Counted from the whole stretch's first letter, positions 12,658-23,844 are shown. The stretch: 62,517 nucleotides of DNA, filler included, from Sluysia triapertura (GCA_046118255.1; 5 parts of 5 records of this genome joined end to end with filler, not necessarily neighbours in it); one strand, 5' to 3'. Translations and numbers: made by a program. The notes: generated by a model from the letters alone, not told the origin.

Positions 12658-15349
12658 GTAAGAATATTAATTATAAAATTAATATCATCAAACATTATAT
12701 TATTTTATCGAACCTTTAACGTTTTTAGTGACAGTTCATTACTAAATTTAACTCTTTATAAGTACATTTGATTATTAAAATTTTCTTTTAAAATTGTAAC
12801 AATATTTTTACCCTGAGTACTAACATTTTGATTTAAATTTTGTGTTTATTTTAATAAATATTTTTATGACATCCGTGCGTTTTCTAATAAATAATAATCA
12901 TTTTTAAAATTTGTATATTTATAAACATTTAACGTCGATAATTTTTGAATAAAATGATATCCAAGTTAACTTTTTTCATCTTTTAATCGTGATTATACGT
13001 CATTCATTTTTAAAAGTATAAATTAAGAGATAAGTGCTTAATAAAAACTAGGAAATACGTAGAGCCAAGAATAAATTTAAATATAAATCTCCAGTTTCAT
13101 CTTTCGTTTCTGAAGCTTCGAATCTATGTGCTGGCCCTTCAGTGAGTAAGTGCAATATCATAGAGAACTTAAGATCAGAATAAGGAAACTAATCCAAAAT
13201 AATCTATCTTATATTCATCTTTTAATTTTAATCACCAAATCCTCACAAATATTACAAAAAATACTTGAAATTTTACAAGACAATAGTACATATGAAGATG
13301 GTCAAAAATATTACATAAAAATTAAAAAACACTTACCTAATAGAAACTGTGTTTATAATAAGAGAAAATGAAAATGAAACGCTAAACTTTAAACATGGAA
13401 AATGTAAGTTATAAAATAAATTAAAATATAGAATGTTCTTATATTAGGCACCCATTGAGAAAAATTTTTAATATTTATTCTAAACTCATTAAAAACGAAG
13501 AACAAGGAAATATACAGCGATGCATAAATATAACATGATAGTCATGAATAATTAGTAATTTTTGAATTTCTCAGAATGCAACTACATATGAATAAAATTC
13601 TAGTTCACAAAACTCATAATCTCATATAACACATTTTAACAGCAAACTGACTGCATAATATCAATATTCATGAAGATTAATTGAATCTATTATCGTGTTG
13701 CATGTTAAACTTCATTATGTCCACGACTATTTATGCAGGTTTTTATCCAAATAAAATCTCTATTTTCTACTTCAAAAAATTGCCTTAGTAATAATTAAAG
13801 CTATTAGTTTGCTTCAGAAGAAACATAAGTGACTCTTTGCACCATATGACCAATTAACTAAGTGTGTTTTACTGTATATCATTGATATGCATTTGAAAAT
13901 AACTAAAATAATTCACAATTCACATTTCATTTATTTTAATAAAGTTTGTGTGCAACTTGTAGAATAGATATTTAATTTGTTATTTACTTTGCTTTCTATA
14001 CCATTTCAATTTTTCGTCTGGGATACAATAACTCTGTAAATACTGTAAACTTATACAATGTTGCATAAATTTTATATAAATATCATGTAAAATTTGTAAA
14101 TATTATTCGAAAATTTGAAAATTTGAAAATTTTGTAATTTATTTTATTACTAAATTCTCGTAAATTAAAATAAAAAATTAAACTTCGTAAATAATTAAAT
14201 TCTTCGAAAAATGATCATTGTACATAATTCATACAATATTATTATTATTATAAATATTCGTCAAATTATTCACACGAAATTATAATCAAACTATTGACAC
14301 GAACACGAAATTATTATTGTAAATATTTATAAAATTATCGTTCGTTCATAAAAATTATTTGTGTATGGTTTCATAAATATTTATTGTTCGTTCTTAGAAA
14401 ATTATTTATTTGAATAAGCTTATATATCATCAAAAAAGTATAAAAACATCAAAATATAAGAAGTAAAAACACAACAACAGGGAATTATAAAAACTATCAG
14501 TGAAATTTATTGTAAAAACTAATTATGAGGGCAGACTCATTATCCATAATATTCGATATTTTGGGAATTCGAAAAATTATATTTTCTGCTCGAACTATAT
14601 TTGGATTGTCTATCTACCGGATAATTTATTTTTATGATGAAGTAAGCTTATTCTTGATAATGATATAGCATTAATACATTTTGCTTTAATATACGACTTA
14701 AAATTTGTTCTTTTCATTTGAAATGCAAGAATTATTCCTGGATTAAAATATTTCTTAAAATCTGTTTATAAATTTATGATACATATTATATTATTTTATT
14801 ATTGTTTCTGTTATTTGTCTACCAAAAGGTTTTCATTGTAAGATAAATAATTTTGTGTTTTAAGTGGTTTTGTTATTAAAGAATTGTAGCATTGTAAAAA
14901 ACAAAAATTAAAAGGAAAAATTAATATTATTCTGAACAAAATTGAAGAAATTAAACAATGAGAACGTTGTATTTTAAGAGATAATTTTTTAAATTGCTGT
15001 TCATTAATAAAAGAATTGATAGTTTTAACGATAAAAATATCATCCTGATATTCTAAGTAAATAATTTTAAAGTTGTTTGTAATTGTTCCGTAAGGATTAA
15101 ATATTTAAAAGAGAATTTAGACTATTAATTAACGCATTAAGAAAATAGTTTGACCCTCGCTTTCTTTCGTAGACTTGACATCACCTGCGGATATGTCCTC
15201 GTAAGACAAATCGAATTATGCAGGCGGACTCAAAAAACGTATTAATCCTATAATTGTTTTAAACTAAGCAAAAGTTGAACAACTCATTCAACATGAAATC
15301 AAAATCATCTGAAATATCTGGGACTCGAAATTCGTTAATCATTCCCAAG

Positions 15350-16085
15350 TTAAGTGAGTAAATAAAAATTATTGATAACAAATCTAACTTTGTCTTCGAT
15401 TTGTTGCGGTGTATCTGTCATGAAAATAGCCGATTTTGCACTGCTGGCACTCATTTTAGTTCCATGACCTTGTAAAGCTGGAAAGAACTTAGAATGAATC
15501 AATGATGGTTTAGGTAGTTGCAGTTTTGGTGCTACATCTCGCGTCATTCGAAAATATGGATCTTGATCTATGGCACACGGTATTAAACTACACGATTTCG
15601 AATTAGTTTCTCCAAATACTTTCGGAAATGCCGCCGAAAAACTAGTCGCTGCTTGAGTTGCAGGAAAGGCGACTTTTTCAGCACTAGAATTTGCATCGAA
15701 TCCAAAAATTGCTCTAATGGTGGTCAAGTTCATTCTTGCACGGATTCTAGCGCTAATACTGGCAAATTCCGGTTCTTGATGATCTATCAGATCGAAATCT
15801 GAAAATATCAACGTGTTTTTCGGATCAAAACCAACAGCAATGATATCTTTAACATTTTCCAAACACAAAACTCGCATATCATTTCGATTTACACTTCGCA
15901 TCAAACACTTTTCGTCATCTGTCATTTGAATCACCAGAGGAACTTTAAATACGTCTTGGAGCCATTTCGTGAATATGAATGGAATCATGTGTCCTAAATG
16001 AAGGGCTTCAGAAGAAGGGCCACGGCCAGTATATAAAAAGAACTTCTCCTTCTTCTTGTACATATCTATGATGTTTGGAAAATCT
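15350..16085 (-). CDS. WARS1: Double-length TrpRS, exon 3: intact catalytic domain of the C-terminal copy (may end at a donor after 15389 instead of the stop)
   Basis: LYTGRGPSSEALHLGH, QMTDDEK, FPATQAA, PCAIDQDPYFR, KMSAS; acceptor tttttctgcag at 16086 joins SQR|DFP in frame. Confidence 0.95.
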
Positions 16086-16699
16086 CTGCAGAAAAAAATT
16101 GTTTTATATGGTAATATCAAAAAATACAAGATGTTTCAAAAAAATTTATTAATTATTAAATATACCTCAACATAAATTGAACATTATAATATCTTTGAAC
16201 TTGTACGGATTTATCTTAAATTTAGGTATCATTTTAATTCAAGGATATCGTCCTAACATTAAAATGTATCGCAACATTTTTCCTAATATTCTCAAACAAT
16301 GTCGTTTCAAATAGTATTTTTCACTTAAATTACATTGTACCAATAATTTTGTCAATTCTATTCTATAATCATATTTCTCTGATGTTTATTTGCTCGTCGG
16401 TTCTTTTACGAATAATAAAATAATTATTATTATGTATTTTTACCTAAATGATGCTCATCACAAAATTTATCTAGGAATTCAAAAATCTATTTATTAAAAT
16501 TCGAATAATACTACTTAGTTTCATATGTAAAACACAAATTAATACAAAAAACAGTATATAATCGTATTATTCCTGACGAAGTTTATCTGCTTTTATAAAG
16601 TAGGACAAAATAATTTCTACCGGTTCCATTCGTAAAATTAATCAGATAAATAGTTGGTACAATCTCAAGGTTTCTACTTTCTGATAAATTTCTACTAAT

Positions 16700-17540
16700 T
16701 TTACGATCGCCATAAAGAAGAAAACATATGTGAATTTTCAAAGTTTAACAATATTAATTGTTTGGTGGCTCAACTTATAACATTTATACAAAACACAAAA
16801 GCACCTCATAATCCACGAGAATAAATAAAAGATACCCCATTTGAAACCATTTCGAATCACAATACATAAAGCACCCAACAAAACCCTTAATCTTAGCTAC
16901 ACCACATCAACACATATCAACTCCTAGTACAAATTGTCATTTTTGTCAAGATGGATTTTATCATGATTGTACAAAATCACTGGATCATCAATTAGTCTTT
17001 AAAAGTATGTTTCTGAATCAAATTCTGTGCCAGCTTATTACTTCCACAACTAAAGAAATTGTTAATACCAGTCCAATGGTTAATAAGACTGCCAAAGTAT
17101 CTACACATCAACTATTAAATTATGGTTTGACAAGTAATTAAAAAAGTAATTAATAGAACGCTATCTGATTACTTAAGTCAAAATGTGGACTTGGTTGTGG
17201 TTGATATCAATCCGAGTATGACTACTGTATGCTTAGACCATCACTATACAAGAGTCGGTTACCATTTCTATTTTAGACTCTGTAAGAAAATATGGAGCTA
17301 CTCTTAAAAGGATAATGATAAATCTTATCAACAGTGATATTGACGACAATGATGTCTTAATAACATACAATACAGAATCGATATTATTTTTGGGAGATAG
17401 AAAACGTGGTTTAAATAAAACGTTAGACTACGAAAACCGAATAAACCAGGCTGGACCAAAACCCTGACAAGTTTTTTCTTAAAATATTTGAAATAATGCT
17501 TGATACTGAAGTTAGAGAATTTACCGCAAATTTAGTTCAT
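16700..17540 (+). mobile_element. LTR-retrotransposon gag/protease remnant within the TrpRS intron
   Basis: Zinc-knuckle-like CHFCQDGFYHDC (about 16935-16970) and IMLDT (about 17493-17507), resembling an aspartic protease LDTG. Confidence 0.4.
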
Positions 17541-17632
17541 TTTATAACTACTACATTAAAATTAAGTTTAATTGTCAAAATATTTTGCTCATTAAATAAT
17601 CTAACAATAATTAAGTAATTAAAAATAATAAC

Positions 17633-19063
17633 CTTTGTGAATAAAACATGCCGCGTCTTAAAAAATGGTGTGCCTTACATCCAATAGCATTTTCTAGTCT
17701 GGAAATCAATTCTGAAGTTACTTTCGTAGAACCATACTTCACAATTAATTTATCATAATCGATACCCTTTTCTGATCCTGCAACAACCTCCCATGGCGTT
17801 ACGATGTCTTCAGATTCGATATCTTTACTCGATTCCTCATAATCATCTTTTAAAATCATACTCTGTAATTTTCTTTCTACTTCTTCGATTTCATTGCCAT
17901 CGGTTTCGATTTTAGCATCGATTTTATCAGAAAAATTCATCAATCTTTGTTTAGTATATTTGGCTACATATTGATCAGACATTTTATCAATTTTTGATTT
18001 TAATTCACTAATAATTTTTGTTAATTCATCAGTAGTAAACTTTTTCAAATTACTCGTCAATAATTCACCAGATTTGTAACTTGTTTCTAAATCACTTAAT
18101 TTTTGATCGTTCTCAAGAAAGAATTTCAAATATTGAAAACAAACATCTTTATCACAATTTCCACCATATTTTCTATGATCTTCAATCGAATCTCCACCAC
18201 CAGATAAAGCATATTTATTAATTTTATTTTTGATAACTGCACTCGAATCATTCAATAAAATCGCTGAATTTTCTTCATCACTTCTCATAACACCATTTCC
18301 ATGTAAACCGACTACATTTTCTATTACAATACTTGATGGCTTGCAAAATTTGTTTTGTTGTGCTGCACGACGTGCCAAAAGTACAAAATCATCATCTTCT
18401 TTTCTTACAATCATTATTGGTTTTATGTTTATATCCTTGAACATATTTTTATAGCTAATTGGAAATATTCCAGAAATATCTTTGCTTACACAAGTTAAAT
18501 ATTCAATATTATCTGAATAAGACCATAATTTACCTAAACAACCTTCTTTAATAGTTATTTCGCCACCAATTTTAATACACGTTTCATAAAATCCACCACC
18601 ACCACTTATATAATCATTAGTACTAAATATGAAAGTTTTTTCTGGATCAAAATCCAAAGACAGTATACATTTAATCACCGTTTCTGTTATTTTCTTGACT
18701 GCAGTTAATTTATACATTTCTTCAAATAAACCAGTTTTATCTGACAATAATTGTTTTAACTCTTCATTTGTCATATTTTCGATTTGTTCCGGCTTCACAT
18801 TATTACATCCTTTTAATTTACCAAGTAAATCTTTCTTAAAAAATTGCAAATCTTCAAAATCACATACGTATAAATTGTTTATGTAAGTATGATTATCTAA
18901 TATTTGAATTATAACTGGAACATTAAGTTCTTTTTGACAGTCACGTATATAGCGAAATTTTATCAGATCATTCAAGTTTAAATAAGGTTTTATTGGTTCA
19001 TAATTTGTAAATAAATAAAACTTTTCATTTGAATCTAGACAGCGAATGATTTCATCATCTCCT
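17633..19063 (-). CDS. WARS1: Double-length TrpRS, exon 2: degenerate catalytic domain and conserved anticodon-binding domain of the N-terminal copy, acidic linker, and start of the C-terminal copy
   Basis: 1431-nt open exon: EKFYLFT, FDPEKTFIFS, KINKYALSGGGDSIEDHRKYGGNCDKDVCFQYLKFFLE..YKSGELLT, then DIVTPWEV..GIDYDKLI..HHFLRRGMFYSQR; attcag acceptor and ag|gttatt donor. Confidence 0.92.
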
Positions 19064-19095
19064 CTGAATAATAATTATAAAATAATAATTAATAC

Positions 19096-19142
19096 CTTCC
19101 AAATTTAACTAATTGTCTGTGAAATAAATAACTTTTATTCAT
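19096..19142 (-). CDS. WARS1: Double-length TrpRS, exon 1 (MNKSYLFHRQLVKFGR); the true start may be further upstream
   Basis: Followed by a 32-nt GT-AG intron (19064-19095) in phase 2; aligns with AHHFLRRGMFYSQR of the second copy. Confidence 0.65.
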
Positions 19143-19392
19143 AGAAATTAACAAACGTGTTAAAATATTTAAATATTTAAACAAGCATATTTTACTTTAA
19201 AATAATAATCCTGTAAACAACTAATTACTCAAACATTTATGCACAAATTTTATTTATTCAAAACCTCATAGATCATCTCACACCTTCTAATAATTATTAA
19301 TATTTCTACGATATTCAGAACACACGCATTAATTTTATAATATAAGAAAATTTTATAAGAAAAAATGCATAAGGTGCCATAATACAGTAATA

Positions 19393-19665
19393 AAAATTGT
19401 TAGACGGAGCTGATAGCTTAGTGAATAAAGCATCAAGCTGCGCAGCGATAGACCCTGGTTCGATACCAGATCAGTCCATTTTATCTAGTTTAACGTTTGG
19501 TGAGCCCACATATCGATTACCCTTCTGATGTTGAATTAAATGATTTATAGAATGTTTGAATTAGTGAAATATGTTTGATACAGGCCTAAAGTGCCATGCA
19601 GTATAGTGAACTATAGAAATACAAAATTATTAGACGGAGCTGATAGCTCAGTGGGTAGCGAGAGG
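19393..19665 (+). repeat. tRNA(Ala-like)-derived SINE: one full head plus a second tandem head
   Basis: ggagctgatagcttagtg...ctgcgcagcgatagaccctggttcgataccagatcagtcca; head repeated at 19633 (gacggagctgatagctcagtgg). Confidence 0.65.
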
Positions 19666-19679
19666 TAAATTGAAGGTAA

Positions 19680-20760
19680 AGTTTTACCAGGAATGTTATA
19701 AACATTATTATGATAAACATTTATGATAGAATTTAAAAATGGTAATTTAATATTATTATATATCCATTACATAAAAAAGGTTTAAGTAATAAATATATGA
19801 CGGTCCATATATTGTTGAAGCTATCAACGAACAGAACCTGAAAATAAAATTATATAAAAAAAATGCTAATCTATAATAGTCCGTAAAAATAGGAGTAAAA
19901 ATTTCAAAGAAATAATCCTTACACTTTAAGTAATAAACCTCCTAATAATTTTGAAGAATTGCATCAAAATGAAGCAAATAATAATACCTTAAAAGCACCT
20001 AATGTATCTAAATTAATTACTCTTTTAAAAACGATGACTTGTGCAAGAGATGGCTGAAGACTGGATGTTTAATTCTAAAATATCATACACAAAAATTAAA
20101 CCTAAATAGTTATCTTTATAATGTAAAATGACAAAATTAATACTAAATGCTTCATGCAACATATAACGAAAATAAAAACTTATTTTCATGCATAATTCTA
20201 CGAATTAAACACTTTTTATAATGTAAATAATATCGTTTCTCGACTGTAAATAAAAATTTATAATTTGTAAATAATAAAAAAGTGTAAATAAAAATTTATA
20301 ACTTGTAAATAATAAAAAAGCCTTTTAAAAAATTTATTAATGTAAATAAAAAAGAAATTTGTAAAAAATTAAGATAAATTTCAATTAGTAACTAATAATA
20401 AAATATCGTTAAAATAATTTATTGTAAACATTATAAAAATCAATCATTCTATAAAACGGATATTATTTTACGTCAAATCGGATATTTACGATATTAATTT
20501 ATGAATTATTGATATTTAAAATAAATAATATATTCAAAACGGATACTATTTTACGTTAAATCGGATAATTACGACATTATTTTATAAATTACTGATATTT
20601 TAAATTATTGGACATTATAAAATCGGATATTCACCAAAAGTATATAAAGGTAGAAAATTATTAAATTAATAATAAGTTATAAAGCTCAAGTGAAGAAAAG
20701 TTAAAGCAAACGAAACAAGAGTCAACGAATTTTTAATCTTGAAATTTGGTCAAATAGTAT
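19680..20760 (+). mobile_element. Gypsy integrase C-terminal remnant followed by LTR-like sequence with internal tandem duplications
   Basis: YDGPYIVEAINEQNLKIK (GPY/F motif, about 19796-19850); duplications at 20245-20320 and 20450-20520/20535-20605. Confidence 0.55.
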
Positions 20761-21899
20761 AAATAATTATTTGGAACCGATTCTTTGGCATAGTAGTTCA
20801 TTCACTATTTGGAAACGGACGCATTAAAACTTTATGTTAAAGAAATTGAATGGCATTATCAAACTCATACCCTTTGTCATGTTAAAGAAAATAATCTTGT
20901 AATTAATTTTATAAAAATAACTATAACTTTTGTAAATAATTAATAATACATTAGTTTAATAATGTTTATAATTTGTTTATTTTAATTTATTGTTTATTTT
21001 ATTGTTTATTTTATTTTAAAAAAAGTTTTTTTAATTTATACTTCAAATGTTTTTTTATTTTATTGTCAATTAGAAATAATTAAGTATTATTTAACGACGG
21101 TTAAACCAATAAATAAACAGAAATTATGGCTTTTTATAGTCTCAAAATAATAATAACTTTTTAATCTTAAAATAAGAACAAAATTATCACTCATATGAAA
21201 TATATATTATGAAACATATATAAATTAAAAATTTATCTTAAAAACAACTCAAGTTAATAAATGTATCAACTAGTTCTTAGACATTATTTCTGTCAATTTC
21301 TGCATCGGTTAATTTGGAGAAAATATTAACAGATTTTTTGAGAAATGACAAATTTGTTACGATTTAATTCAAAACACAAATTCATCCGTCGAGCCGTCAT
21401 ACAACTCGTACAAGAAGATCCTTCATACACAAATTGATTATTCCTTTTGGATTATTGTACATGTAAGTTGATAATTTCTAGGTTTTGCGCTTTAACAAAT
21501 TTAGCGTCAATCTATAACTTAAACTCTCTAAATTTAAAAAACCAAGTATTTTACCTGGTTTAAATAATTAAACTAAAATTCAGATAAAGAAAATTAACGA
21601 TTTTATCTATTTTTAATCATTTATTTTATAAATTATAATGGTGTTTTATAAACATTTCTTAATAGTTTTGTATAACCATGACAGCTTAGAAGTTGAAACG
21701 ATAAATTTAGTCTATCAAATTTAAAAGATATCTTTAAAAGTAAATTTAAAGAACAAAGATAACTTAAGAACCTTTAAGATAACATAAACGTATATAGAAA
21801 ACATAATTAAGAGGCTTACTACATTATCAAAAGCCAAAAAAAAGATTAAGACATCAGGTTTAATATATAATTGACTATATTTTATAAACTTAATAAAAT

Positions 21900-22400
21900 T
21901 CTTTGCCGCATTAGTGTAAGAAAGCTTTACTTATTATAGAAAAAACCTTTAGAAGTCAGTTCTGTAGTTGCGTCCTCTTTAAGACATAAATCGCAATATA
22001 GAGACGAACCCGGTTAACAATAATAAATTTCATAATTGTAAAAAGAGTAAGATATTACCAACAGTATTCATATGTATATGTCATAGTATAAATGGAAATG
22101 ATGCTTATCAGAGTTACTGTTTGTATTACTAATTCTTGTGTTCATCATCGTATTTATCCACGGTATCGTTAATGTTGTGCATTTTTAAAGAGACCGGTAC
22201 CAAATTTTCGCATCATTAATACTGCCAACTGGTGTATTCGTGCTGACAACCATTTATTTATTGACAAATATACTCTGTTGGTGATCTGTAATGTCAATAA
22301 TTATCGGTATATGTTTAAGACTGTGGCATGCGAGAATTTAGTGCAAGTTCGCCCCTTTATCATTTAATTTTATTAAATTGAAATACTACGTTCCTAGCGT
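21900..22400 (-). mobile_element. Penelope-like element endonuclease C-terminal remnant
   Basis: PGSSLYCDLCLKE...FYNK resembles the CxLCLxE..LNK tail of Penelope-type GIY-YIG ORFs. Confidence 0.4.
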
Positions 22401-22884
22401 AGTATTTAAGAATTAAGTGATAGGATTAATTGCAAAAAAAGTGCGTAAAATAATTCATTAGTTTTGATCGTATGACTCGTTAAAATATTTGTAGAAAGAA
22501 TAATTAATCATTTAGAAAGCAATTAAGAAAGCACTTAATAAAGACCCTCAATAAGGCGTATTGTTATTTTGATAAAATGTTAGCTTACTTAGTTACAGGA
22601 ACGCCCTCTCTACGTTGTAAGTCGTCTAATGTAACCGGACCATGCTTTAAAATGTTTTGCCGTCGGTTAAGTATTAGGAAAACTGCAGCACACAGAAAAG
22701 TTAAATTTTTCTTTTATAACTTTATACTTAATTATTTAATTTTCAATTGACTATTTTATAGGTTAGAAAGAACTCTTATGGTGAATTTTGCTTGCTGAAA
22801 TTATTGTTTCTTGAGGATTTTTTCATTTTTACATAAAATAGCAAATGATTCACTAAAATTTAAAATTGATATGTAAATACTAAC

Positions 22885-22998
22885 TGCATTGTCAAAGAGT
22901 CGAATTTCTTTTTTATCCCTTGGAAATCCTTCTATAATTATCAATTTCTTCGTTGAAACTAAATTTATTTCTTCTAATAAAACTTGTAGCACAGTATC
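22885..22998 (-). CDS. AK5: Adenylate kinase 5-like, exon 2
   Basis: DTVLQVLLEEI...LIIIEGFPRD (AK GFPR motif); actag acceptor and gttagt donor, in phase 0 with exon 1. Confidence 0.75.
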
Positions 22999-23382
22999 CT
23001 AGTAATAATAATTGTTTAATATATTATAAATTTTTATAAATAAATAATTATATAAATAAATTTTTGTAAATAAATATTAAATGTAGTTTAATGTTGATTT
23101 GCTATTTCTGTTTGCCTTTTGTAGTTTGCTGCGCTTTTGTTTTTCAAATTAATATAAATCTTTTTACAAATGAATTTTAATAACTATATTGAATTTGAAA
23201 AGCAGTATAAAATCGAGCTTAAACATTTATTATTTATTTACAAATCTAATAATCTTTAAATAACATTTAAATAAATTTTTAATAAATTTAATATTGTAAT
23301 TAAACGTTTTTGACAAAATCAAAATATCAAATTGTACCAAATTAGTACATACTTATTTATCTAATTAATAATACTAACTTAC

Positions 23383-23844
23383 TTTTAAAACTAATTCTCC
23401 ACTTTCAAACAATGACTGGCTTGCAATATTTGCACCAACAGCGTTTTGATTACAGTAATGTACCTTTTTTCTTAAACATTCTCCTATATTTATGTAAGCA
23501 CAATTCGGAAATATAGTATCAAATTTAGATGTTTTTAAATTATTAGTTCCTGGTGGCATTAAAATTAAAATAACTCTATAATCACGAGTTTCGGGAATTA
23601 CTGCATCAGGTTTCTTTTTAGGTTTAATTAAATGCTTTAAGCAATCATTATCCAATGAAAATTCAACTCTGTTCACTTCATGAAAAGTTTCATGTTTATA
23701 TCTTTCAAAACCTTTTTCTTTTATTTTACTCAAAGAATTTTGTAAGTAATTTATTATATCACAAGGTCGATTTAAAACAAGATCTTCATGTAAAGATTTA
23801 ATTAAATCATGAATGCGTTTATCTTTTAAATACGCATCATTCAT
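23383..23844 (-). CDS. AK5: Adenylate kinase 5-like, exon 1: N-terminal dimerisation/docking domain plus start of an AK domain with a degenerate P-loop
   Basis: YLKDKRIHDLIKSLHEDLVLNRPCDIINYLQNSLSKIKE resembles the AK5 N-terminus; YINIGECLRKK and SGELV; gtaagt donor. Confidence 0.75.

Noticed and set aside
13040-13200. Minus-strand frame FPYSDLKFSMILHLLTEGPAHRF as the TrpRS terminal exon
   Set aside because: No similarity to the anticodon-binding domain; more like retroelement debris.
18230-18886. Plus-strand ORFs 18230-18454 and 18629-18886
   Set aside because: Antisense shadows of the TrpRS exon.
19404-19478. Functional tRNA gene
   Set aside because: Bulged acceptor stem, irregular anticodon arm and several degenerate copies point to a SINE.
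20245-20605. Short direct repeats as a CRISPR-like array
   Set aside because: Only two-copy duplications within LTR-like DNA, no spacers, eukaryotic context.
21270-21540. Candidate missing AK5 or TrpRS exon
   Set aside because: All minus-strand frames contain stops and show no relevant motifs; probably transposon debris.
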